A stretch of 64,000 bases of DNA, taken from Tubulanus polymorphus. Taxonomy: Eukaryota; Animalia; Nemertea. The stretch is from positions 1,488,001-1,552,000 of the forward strand of contig NC_134031.1 in assembly GCF_964204645.1 (NCBI RefSeq), in the 5' to 3' direction. The translations under genes and the position numbers were made by a program. The notes under the pieces were generated by a model. It was not told the origin of the DNA. It ran no database searches and saw nothing but the letters and a program-made list of their open reading frames with translations. Within the stretch, counting starts at the first letter, position 1. The number at the start of each line of letters is the position of its first letter. This document shows, piece by piece, positions 1 to 10,944 of the stretch.

Positions 1-1477
1 TTTAGTAATGATAATATGTTTATGTTGCTCGATGTAATGACTGATACCGATAAACAGGTAATAACTCAATCTTACCGCGATTCTAAGATTCCCTGTTCTG
101 AATTTCCATTTAATGATTCTATGCTATTCTATTTACAGGTGTTCGATTTCGACGTTAGTAAAATTGATTGGATGAAATACATTGAGACCTATTGTTTAGG
201 AACGAAGGAGTTTGTGCTGAAAGAGGATCCAAATAAAACTAATCTCGCGCGAATGGCTTTAAAACGGTTTGTACCCCCATAGATACTGAATAACGAATGG
301 TCTTCATCAATTAGCTTTACCCAAATTTATACAGTGGAACCTCGTTTTACAGCGAACTTCACGGGACCATAAAATATGTCCGTTATAACTGATAGTTTGT
401 TTTATCCAGTATGAAATCTATCAAATTGTCTCACTTGGGTCAAAGTTTATATCGGATGAATCGTTGTACCTGAGTTCGTTATAACGAGGTTCCACTGTAT
501 TATGTTGGGTCATCCATTAGTCTATGACTAATCCACTTACAAAATTGATTTGAAAATACTAATTTTGACTGAAGAATAGAGATGACTTAGACCATGTTCA
601 CTTAAACTAGATAAACTGTATTGCCATTAATTTCAAGTCAAACACCTTCATCAAGACACCTGGTTCCACAGTTATGAGTAAGAGTTAACTCATAGTTGAA
701 ATTAGTTAGTTTCCTAATCGTTGGTGGTAAGCCTTATACCAACCTTGTGGTTTGTGAGAATATCCGATCGTGAAACTAAACCACAGACAGGTTACTGACT
801 AAAGTTGAAATTAGTTCATTTACATTGCGAACTATGAATCAAATCTTATTTACGGAAGCGATAAAGGGCCTCGAGTTGTCGCGTTCAAACTCGACAAGTC
901 GCCATATTTATGTCGATATATCGCGATATATCGCGTAAAGTCGACATGAATTTGTCGACATATCGTGACTTTTTCACGACAAATTTCGCTTTTTCACCCA
1001 TTTTCCGCGGGACAAGCCGTCATTTGAAGACACGTCGAAATGTAAGATGAGGACGCCAGTGATATGACGACTGAGTTTCAAGTCGTCATGAATATGTCGA
1101 CTTGTCGCGAGGAAAGGGGTCGTGAAAACGAAATATGTCGTCAAAACGTCACGATATATCGACATATTCATGTCGACTTGACGCGATATATCGCGATATG
1201 TCGACATAAATATGGCGACTTGTCGAGTTGGAACGCGACAACTCGAGGCCCCTTATAGGGTTGCCGTAGGATCCTGTTAAATGAAAATAATCTGACGATG
1301 ATTTGTTGATTGTTTTCTAGGATGCAGAGAATAAATACGTTTTTGAACTGTGTAACTGTATTCGTTGTGTGGAGGTTATTGATGACACGGGTGAAGATCG
1401 CCAGCACTGTGTGGTATCGATTAGTGAACATCATCATGAAATTATACAATCAAATACCGAAAATATTCCTGTCCTAA
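1..1477 (+). CDS. Fatty acyl-CoA reductase, last three exons (5' part outside window)
   Basis: Exons <1..57, 139..266 and 1321..1477 join with GT-AG introns to give ...FSNDNMFMLLDVMTDTDKQVFDFDVSKIDWMKYIETYCLGTKEFVLKED...RMQRINTFLNCVTVFVVWRLLMTR...IPKIFLS*. This matches the FAR C-terminal 'Sterile' domain pattern (F.fDv..idW..Y...yc.G.k.f.lkE) plus a hydrophobic tail. Confidence 0.88.
332..497. mobile_element. pogo/Tigger-like MITE in FAR intron
   Basis: TIR CAGTGGAACCTCGTT...AACGAGGTTCCACTG flanked by TA on both sides. Confidence 0.8.
865..1252. mobile_element. Long-TIR MITE, probably PIF/Harbinger (Tourist-like)
   Basis: About 100 bp near-perfect inverted ends (GGGCCTCGAGTTGTCGCGTT...AACGCGACAACTCGAGGCCC), flanked by TAA/TTA, with a CpG-rich interior of many GTCGAC motifs. 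Confidence 0.75.
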
Positions 1478-2479
1478 ACCATAAAATCAATCATCAGCAG
1501 TAGAGTAAGACACGGGTCAATACCCGTGTACCGCGTGTCGCAGGACTCTTCGGTAGGAAGTACCACATCGTTACTGTAGATCTACGATCGTGACGTCTGA
1601 AAATAACATTCACTGATCTCAATAATAAAAGTGTTCAAGAAAATCTCAACATCATCGTCGTCGACATGAACAGTTTATTCAGAGCTGATTCTTCCAATGA
1701 AACTCGGGACCAGAAACTGAAATGTATAGATACTAGACAGGACTCTATCGATAAATCTGAAATAAGCGAGTTTTCTTCAAGCGATTCTGTGATTATTTCA
1801 TGTTTGGGGTAAAGCTATAATTAGCCTCCGGTGATTATGTTAATGTGCTATTTTTCGTATATTCATTGTATTCGGTTTTATTTTTGTCTGCATGCGTTCT
1901 GTGGAAGTAGTCGGTGATCTACACAGTCGGCAGCCAGCGCTCAGGCAGGCGCCTAGTGTAGATAATAGTATTCTAATATTTTGTCAATGTATTTTTATAG
2001 AATTTAGAGTTATGGGTCCACTATGGAGTAAACCTTAATTGATTATGGATGAATCATTAAACTGAGTCTTCGTTAGATTAAGCCTATAATAATCAATTGG
2101 TTTGAACACTTCAGATGGTTCAATTGTATTATTTTATACAATTTGATAATTTTCCAGTATTTTTTTCATATTTGTATGATTATGATTATGATTATGTGGG
2201 TGATTACTATCTGCTATTATTCCTATTGACTTATATAATTGTTTTATCTATTCTCATAATTTGCATGCGACTGAAAGCTAGAGTATTAACTAGTGTTATA
2301 AATGTTCTCGAAGCAATAAATATATGAATATTCGATCTCAAAAGTATTTCATATTATATTTCATTGAGGCTCAATCTATCGAGTAAGTTTTTATTACGGG
2401 TTGACAATCAGTCATGTCAATCAAACGTAGACTGGTTCCCTGTACTCGTCCGGTAACCAGTCAAAATAAACGCAACAAA

Positions 2480-2705
2480 GTGGCAGCACCATACGTTCAC
2501 CTAGCGGAGTTTCTGTGAACTAATGTAATACTGCGGAAAGGTGATATGAAATGTTTATTTAGAGCGCTGTCTGTTCTTTAATAGTTTTGAAGGTGGAAAT
2601 GGTGCGTTATTCGATTATTGTAAAGTGTATTATTAATCAATCGTGACTCCAAGGTATTACATTAGTTCACAGAAATTCCGCTAGGTGACCGTACGGTGCT
2701 GCCAC
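2480..2705. mobile_element. MITE/foldback (second copy 5382..5607)
   Basis: About 52 bp inverted ends GTGGCAGCACC.TACG.TCACCTAGCGGA.TTTCTGTGAACTAATGTAATAC / GTATTACATTAGTTCACAGAAATTCCGCTAGGTGACCGTACGGTGCTGCCAC. Confidence 0.75.
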
Positions 2706-2706
2706 C

Positions 2707-2764
2707 ATAGACTGGTTACCGGTCTCTATCTTCCCATATTTAATGAGACAGGCAACCAGTCTAT
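2707..2764. mobile_element. Very short TIR element TAGACTGGTT...AACCAGTCTA (also ~5609..5666, 10769..10824, degenerate 2428..2462)
   Basis: The same ~56 bp sequence with 10-11 bp inverted ends recurs at unrelated positions. Confidence 0.65.
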
Positions 2765-2975
2765 ACCGCGGCAATCTCGATGCCTTCAGGTTCGAATCCC
2801 TCCCTGGGGGAGGATGGGCAAAAAACCTCTACCTTTCAACTTCAAGTGAAAAGCTCGTGGTGATTTCAGCGTCTAAATCTACCAAACGATACATCAATGA
2901 AGCACAACATCTTATATTTTGTTCATAACCAGATTCATCAAATGAATGTATTCTGAGCTTAGGAGAGCAAAATTT

Positions 2976-4135
2976 GCAGGTCAGGGGCGACTGGCAGGGT
3001 CGGGTTATGGGGTGATTTACTGGAAGGTCGGGCTATGGGGTGATTAACTGGAAGGTCGGGATCATTGGTGATTTACTGCTGAATAGAGGATGTACAGGGG
3101 GGTCCCGGGTTTGAAACCTAGTAATTACTGCCGACACTGATTCAGAGTGGTCCTGGTGCTGAATAGAGGATGTACAGGGTTGTCCCGGGTTTTTGCAGGT
3201 CAGGGGCGACTGGCAGGGTCGGGCTATGGGTAATTTACTGGTAGGGTCGGGCTATGGGGTGATTAACTGGAAGGTCAGGATCATGGGTGATTTACTGCTG
3301 AATAGAGGATGTACAGGGGTGTCCCGGGTTTTTTGCAGGTCAGGGGCGACTGGCAGGGTCGGGCTATGGGTAATTTACTGGTAGGGTCGGGCTATGGGGT
3401 GATGAACTGGAAGGTCGGGATCATGGGTGATTTACTGCTGAATAGAGGATGTACAGGGGTGTCCCGGGTTTGAAACCTAGTAATTATTGCCGACACTGAT
3501 TCAGAGTGGTCCTGATGCTGAATAGAGGATGTACAGGGTTGTCCCGGGTTTTTTGCAGGTCAGGGGCAACTGGCAGGGTCGGGCTATGGGTAATTTACTG
3601 GTAGGGTCGGGCTATGGGGTGATTAACTGGAAGGTCGGGATCATGGGTGATTTACTGCTGAATAGAGGATGTACAGGGGTGTCCCGGGTTTGAAACCTAG
3701 TTATTATTGCCGACACTGATTCAGAGTGGTCCTGATGCTGAATAGAGGATGTACAGGGTTGTCCCGGGTTCGAACCCAGTAATTACTGATACTGATTCAG
3801 AGTGGTCCATATGCTGAATAGAGGATGTACAGGGGTGTCCCGGGTTTGAAACCCAGTGATTACTGACACTGATTCAGAGTGGTCCTGATGCTGAATAGAG
3901 GATGTACAGGGTTGTCCCGGGTTCGAACCCAGTAATTCCTGATACTGATTCAGAGTGCTCCAGATGCTGAATAGACGATGTACAGGGGTGTCCCGGGTTT
4001 GAAACCTAGTAATTACTGACACTGATTCAGAGTGGTCCTGATGCTGGATAGAGGATGTACAGGGGTGTCCCGGGTTCGAACCCAGTAATTACTGATAATG
4101 ATTCAGAGTGGTCCAGATGCTGAATAAAGGATGTA
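2976..4135 (+). repeat. Composite G-rich satellite (77-bp unit plus ~29-bp units), array 1
   Basis: Repeats of CTGAATAGAGGATGTACAGGGGTGTCCCGGGTT(T/C)GAAACC(T/C)AGTAATTACTGACACTGATTCAGAGTGGTCCTGATG interleaved with ACTGGTAGGGTCGGGCTATGGGGTGATTT-like units. Confidence 0.92.
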
Positions 4136-5870
4136 CCGTGGATTAGCGGATTTTTCATACACTAATGTGAATTGTCTCTGGCAACCTAGAGTCTACTGCC
4201 AGAGTCAGTTCGTGTTAGTTTATGCAAATCCAAGCATAGTGAATCTTAAGAATCGGCAGAACATAGCATCACAACCACTGACTGGTGAACAAATTAAGTT
4301 CAGAGTAGCTAATTAACTAAACAAACAAAGAGTTTCTAACAACTATGTTTACTCTCATACAACAATTATACGAAATGCCAGGTGTGCTCGAGGAATTATA
4401 ACTTAAGTTCCTCAAACACGTGGACTGTATTTCAAAAACAGTCTCAATAATTAAAGTGTTCAAGAAAATCTCAACATCATCGTCGTCGACATGAACAGTT
4501 TATACAGAGCTGATTCTTCCAAAGAAACTCGGGACCAGAAACTGAAATGTATAGATACTAGACAGGACTCTATCGATAAATCTGAAATAAGCGAGTTTTC
4601 TTCAAGCGATTCTGTGATTATTTCATGTTTGGGGTAAAGCTATAATTAGCCTCCGGTGATTATGTTAATGTGCTATTTTTCGTATATTCATTGTATTCGG
4701 TATTATTTTTGTCTGCATGCGTTCTGTGGAAGTAGTCGATGATCTACACAGTCGGCAGCCAGCGCTCAGGCGGGCACCTAGTGTAGATAATAGTATTCTA
4801 ATATTTTGTCAATGTATTTTTATAGAATTCAGAGTTATGGGTCCACTTTGGAGTAAACCTTAATTGATTATGGATGAATTATTAAAATGAGTCTTCGTTA
4901 GATGAAGCCTATAATAATCAATTGGTTTGAACACTTCAGATGGTTCAATTGTATTATTTTATACAATTTGATAATTTTCCAGTATTTTTTTCATATTTGT
5001 ATGATTATGATTATGATTATGTGGGTGATTACTATCTGCTATTATTCCTATTGACTTATATAATTGTTTTATCTATTCTCATAATTTGCATGCGACTGAA
5101 AGCTAGAGTATTAACTATCAGAGAACTTTATTTGGACAGGAACTTTTTTCTAATTCCTAACTTTATTTTGTATGAAATAGTGTTATATGTGGCTGTTCTA
5201 AATGTTCTCGAAGCAATAGATATATGAATATTCGATCTCAAAAGTATTTCATATTATATTTCATTGAGGCTCAATCTATCGAGTATGTTTTTATTACGAG
5301 TTGACAATCTGTCATATGTCAATCAAACGTAGACTGGTTCCCTGTACTCGTCCGGTAACCAGTCAAAATCAACGCAACAAAGTGGCAGCACTATACGTTC
5401 ACCTAGCGGAATTTCTGTGAACTAATGTAATACTGCGGGAAGGTGATATGAAATGTTTATTTAGAGCGCTGTCTGTTCTTTAATAGTTCTAAAGGTGGAA
5501 ATGGTGCGTTATTCGATTATTTTAAAGTGTTTTATTAATCAATCGTGACTCCAAGGTATTACATTAGTTCACAGAAATTCCGCTAGGTGACCGTACGGTG
5601 CTGCTACCATAGACTGGTTACCGGTCTCTATCTTCCCATATTGAATGGGACATGCAACCAGTCTATACCGCGGCAATCTCGATGCCATCAGGTTCCAATC
5701 CCTCCCTGGGGGAGGATGGGCAAAAATCCTCTACCTTCAAGTGAAGAGCTCGTGGTGATTTCAGCGTCTAAATCCAACAAACGATACATCAATGAAGCAC
5801 AACATCTTATATTTTGTTCATAACCGGATTCATCAAATGAACGTATTCTGAGCTTGGGAGAGCAAAATTT

Positions 5871-6365
5871 GCAGCAGGTCAGGGGGGACTGGTAGGGTCG
5901 GGCTATGGGGTGATTTACTGGTAGGGTCGGGCTATGGGGTGATTAACTGGAAGGTCGGGATCATGGGTGATTTACTGCTGAATAGAGGATGTACAGGGGT
6001 GTCCCGGGTTTGAAACCTAGTAATTACTGACACTGATTCAGAGTGGTCCTGATGCTGAATAGAGGATGTACAGGGGTGTCCCGGGTTTGAAACCTAGTAA
6101 TTACTGACACTGATTCAGAGTGGTCCTGATGCTGAATAGAGGATGTACAGGGTTGTCCCGGGTTTTTTGCAGGTCAGGGGCGACTGGCAGGGTCGGGCTA
6201 TGGGTAATTTACTGGTAGGGTCGGGCTATGGGGTGATTAACTGAAGGTCGGGATCATGGGTGATTTACTGCTGAATAGAGGATGTACACTAGGGGTGTCC
6301 AGGGTTCGAACCTAGTAATTACTGATACTGATTCAGAGTGGTCCAGATGCTGAATAAAGGATGTA
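5871..6365 (+). repeat. Composite G-rich satellite, array 2 (shorter)
   Basis: Same units as 2976..4135 with fewer copies. Confidence 0.92.
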
Positions 6366-8545
6366 CCGTGGATTAGCGGAATTTTCATACACTAATGTGA
6401 ATTGTCTCTGGCAACCAAGAGTCTACTGCCAGAGTCAGTTCGTGTTAGTTAATGCAAATCCAAGCATAGTGAATCTTAAGAATCGGCAGAACATAGCATC
6501 ACAACCACTGACTGGTGAATTGATTAAGTTCAGAGTAGCTAATTAACTAAACAAACAAAGAGTTTCAAATAATTATATTTACTCTCATACAACAATTATA
6601 CAAAATGCCAGGTGTGCTCGAGGAATTATAACTTAAGTTCCGCAAACACGTGGACTGTATTTCAAAAACAGTCCAACCATGGACGTATAAACTATAAACT
6701 AGAGTTTATACGTCCATGGTCCAAGCATAGACTCTAAAACAGACACGTCTATAGCACACAACCATGGACTCTAAACTGTGAGAGTCCATGGCTCCCCGCA
6801 CTAAAACCAGAGATAAACCTGGCCGAATACCCTGGAAAGCGTAAGATTTAATGAATCGTTTACCTGGCCGGCCGCCTATCTACCTTAGACCTTACATTAC
6901 TTTTTTAAAAATCATGATCAAGCTAACCATAACAGACGCGGCAGATTACAAATTTCATTGATTTATGAAATGACCCGGCCGATCAGGAAAAACAAGGTAT
7001 TATCATTAGCCTTTTAATGGCTTAGATTATCCAAAATATAAGATTACTAGCTTTTAAGACTACTAGATAACATCACATATACTACATCATGGAAGGTATT
7101 TCAAGGTTTTATTCGCCAAAAACATTTCCACTGCAACTGATTCATACAATTTGAATCAATAGGAAAATAACAAAATTACACACAGAATTGTAAACCTGGA
7201 TCCATAAAACACCAACATTTAGGACTAGTCTGAAAGTCTAAGACTATTAATTTGACATTCGTGAAGTCACTGGGCATAAGTGACACTTGGTTATTTCATG
7301 AAATGTGGAGTATTCAATCATATCAACTATTCAAATGACAATGTAAGAGAGATTTAAGATATTCTGTTTATACAAAAAACTGCATAACATATCTCCAACA
7401 TATAAACATTAAAACTGGACATAAAACAAATTCACTCTCTCAAATAATCGATCCCTAATTTCATTAACATTATTTTTACAACAAAACTGAAATTTTGCAA
7501 ACTTTGCTTTGTATTCAAGGAATTATCATGTAAGTTCTTCGTTAACAAATGGGTGAACTGTATTCGAAAAACATAAAAGCATTAAAACTATAGATAAAAC
7601 CTACAGATTCACTGTGGAAAGCTTCAGATAAACTAATCAACTAATCAATCTTTATTTTCATTAACATTATTTTACAAGATAACTAGAATTTTGCCAACTT
7701 TGCCTGAGATTTTCAAACATTATCAACGTTATTTTCTCCACATTGTTTCGTTTAATGAAAAGTATTTTGAAGGTTTTTTAATTAAGATATATTGAGTATC
7801 ATGATATAAATATTGTTCAACTATCCATATGAATATAGCTAGGTAAATTACAAATAACTGATTGCTAAAGTATTTACAATTATCTACAACTTTTTTCGAT
7901 ATTTGAAATGGTCTAGTGCCTTAATTCTAAGCACTGCCAGCTGGCTAGCACTGGATCCTCTATAACCATATAGCGCACATAAAACCTGTACAACATCGTA
8001 TGCATGAGTTATGAAAAATAAATATACTATAGCCATTGTCAAACCGACAATCAAAACATAGCTAGGATAATTTACTAATCAACACTGTTCATATATCCTC
8101 ATTTATAAAAACTACTGCTCCACTTTATTTGATAGGACATCAGTTTAGTGGTTGCTATAAACTGAACTGACCAATCGAAAAGTTTTAAGATGAATAATGA
8201 ACACGTATGTGTCATTTTATTCTCAAGACAAAATTACACCTTGCTAAATGACAGGTATTTAATCGAGGAATTATCTTGTAGGTTCCTAGTAAACAAATGA
8301 ACTGCACTTTAAAAACAGCCCAACATAAAAGCATTCAAACTAGAGACAAATCCTACTAAGTCATCCTGGAAAGCTTAGTATTAACTTAACGTTCTGAATT
8401 TCATTTTCATTAACATCATTTTCTAAATTACTTGATTCTCCTCAACAACTCCTCTCCGAATTTAGCGCCGCCTGTTTTTTAGGCGTTTTTGTGGCCGATA
8501 GATCGAGGGTAGATAAGCAGTGATGATATCGCGCATGGTGAATTA

Positions 8546-10530
8546 TATGGAAGACCTGAAGGGACATGCCAGTTGCTAGTTGCTAGTTGCCAAATACCAC
8601 TTGATAATTGTTCTCCGCCCGCTAGCGCCACCTGGGTATATACCATTTGTTATTCATTGCCGCGAAATAGCATGATCAAAAGTATGATCATGAACCCTAT
8701 AAAAGTTGGTATCATACATCGATAAAATGCAAAAATATCCCATTCAATCGGAATGATATTTTTAATGATTATTTTGGATGACACCTGGACCGGACCAGGC
8801 CAAGAGCACTGCTGATCGACCAGACTGACTGAGGCGCGTCGTACCCACGACTCGGAGCTGTCGCCCGCCCAGCGGCCGTGCTCGTTGCTATTTCATTGAT
8901 TTCTAAAACTGAAGAAAATGTTGAAATTTGGCCGATACGTCGTTCACTGCAGTCAGACTCGAGCTGCAGTTTTGGTATAACTAGTGCGCTTGCCGGTCCA
9001 TATTTGTCTTAAATCATCGTTCCTGTTTTGAAAAAGGGGACAGTCACTTAATACGTTGAATGACTAAAACGTAATTTGCGACTGCGCCCGAGTGACGCGT
9101 GTGTGCCCGAGTAAAATTCCGTGACTATTTCGTATCGGTTAACCAACGGAGGCATCATATGCCTATTTCTAGGCATATAATGCCTGTATTTAATCAATGA
9201 TTATGGGTACTACCATAAGTGCAATGGTGTTAGATGTGTAAAATCATAGTCTTAACCACTCCCCACTTCATCTCTGAGTCAGGGGTCCGCCTATGAAAAA
9301 TTTCATGCATTCTCAGTCCGCAGATCGAGACACGACCCGAGAGAGCCGCGCTGCCAGAATCCCACCTTGTAGTACCGGACCATGTGTCACAACAGGGCTA
9401 GGTGGGGAGTTTTACAGAACCTAGTGGATGACAGCAATAAAATCACGACCACCGTTGATACAATACCGGACTGCCACAATTTGTCACAATTAATTTTGAT
9501 GGAGGATGGATGATGGGCCAATATCCCTATATAAACAAGAATATTTTTCTTATTTAGGGATACTGGTATCATCCACTCCTCCATCAAATTGTGACAAGCC
9601 CGTCAGAACCCGAGCCTGACACCGACCCGCGTTGATATTATTGTTTGCGAATTTATCTGGTCAAATCAGATTTGATTTGCCTAATTATAATTTGCTAGTC
9701 ACGTGTAATCTAATCAAATAAGAGGCGAATTTATCTTGTCAAATCAGATTTGATTTTCCTAATCATAATTTGCTAGTCACGTGTAATCTAATCAAATAAG
9801 ATTTGCACAACAGGATGAATTTGACGTCTTGTTCCAAACAGCTGACAAGAAAATACTGTCCCACTTTTCAAAATATTATTTCCCATGAATGGGTTTCAGG
9901 TTTCTCTTTCAGTTTTGACATTAATATCAGTTTTTCGACAAAAAATTTGTGAGTCCACTATCTTCAAATCGCATCAAATCGCCTCCGGAGGTGATTTTAC
10001 CTAAAATCAAATTTGATTTGACGTGATAAATTCGCCTAAGATTTGCACAACAGGATGAATTTGACGACTTGTTCAAAACGGCTGACAAGAAAATACTACC
10101 CCGGTTATTGAAATATTATTTCCTATGAATGAGTTTCAGTTTTTCTTTAAGTTGTGACCAGTTATTATCAGTTTTTCGAAAATATTTGTGAGTCCACCAT
10201 CTTCATTCAAATCGTATGAAATCACCTCCGATTTGTGATTTGATGAATCGATTTGAATTTGATACCGTGTTAAATTCAAAGATTAGACCAAATCAAATTT
10301 AATTTTGCCAGGATGAATTATACGATTTTCCTTAAAATCAAATTTAATTTGACGTGATAGATTTGCCTTATGGTAAAAATCTTTAAGGAAACATATATTG
10401 AGGTGGCGCTAGCGTGAACGGATCGAAAAAATCTTCAACTAGCAAGTGGCATTTGACAACTAGCAATTAGCAACAAGCCCAACTAGCAAATGGCAACTAG
10501 CAACTGGCAGCTGGCATGCCGTCTTCCATA
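8546..10530. mobile_element. ~2 kb non-autonomous TIR element with nested repeats
   Basis: Ends TATGGAAGAC...GTCTTCCATA. Subterminal inverted motifs CATGCCAG/(TTGCTAG)n/CCACTTG/GCTAGCGCCACCT on the left are mirrored by AGGTGGCGCTAGC/CAAGTGG/(CTAGCAA)n/CTGGCATG on the right. No transposase ORF. Confidence 0.65.
9647..10368. mobile_element. Nested MITE with duplicated left and right ends
   Basis: AGGCGAATTTATC...GATAAATTCGCCT inverted ends (9723/10037). A ~78-bp left segment is present twice (9647, 9725) and the internal-plus-right segment twice (from ~9798 and ~10037). Confidence 0.6.
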
Positions 10531-10875
10531 GAGGAATTGCCCATTGCACCTACTTGTCAGTCATGCTCCGTGTCACACGGAAGCGAATGCGTTCACGGCT
10601 TTAAACTGATTAAAATCTTTATTTGCCGAAAAAATGTCTAGCGTGTGAGAATTACAAGTGGAAGGAAAAGGCTACTTCATGTATTTCTAGTCAATGGAGC
10701 AAAGCCATTAGGTTAGTATTGACGAAGCTCCAACCCGGAGCGCTTTCCTGTTAGCGTCCAAACATTATGTAGACTGGTTACCGGTCTCTATCTTCATATT
10801 GAATGGCACAGGCAACCAGTCTACGGCCACCAAACTCTATTGGCTATTGAATTTTTTAAGTAAGGTCGATGTGGA

Positions 10876-10890
10876 GTCACTTCCGGTTTG
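10876..10890. promoter_or_regulatory. ETS-type site (CACTTCCGG) upstream of PIG-S ATG
   Basis: GTCACTTCCGGTT lies ~60 bp before the ATG at 10945; this is a common housekeeping promoter motif. Confidence 0.4.
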
Positions 10891-10944
10891 AAGCAAACAA
10901 ACTATTTTTTAGTAATTAAGAAATTGTAAACATTCTAATCGACG

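Larger units (their letters stand above)
1617..6673 (+). repeat. Tandem duplication: copy 1 ~1617..4443, copy 2 ~4442..6673
   Basis: Both copies begin TCTCAATAAT(A/T)AAAGTGTTCAAGAAAATCTC and end GGACTGTATTTCAAAAACAGTC. They are nearly identical and differ mainly in satellite copy number and a few indels. Confidence 0.93.

Noticed and set aside
2115-2327. Hydrophobic 70/95-aa ORFs (also 4940..5227) as small membrane proteins
   Set aside because: AT/T-rich 3' UTR-like sequence; the copies differ by indels and have no recognisable domain.
2976-6365. CRISPR-like repeat-spacer appearance
   Set aside because: Eukaryotic context, no unique spacers and no cas genes; it is a satellite.
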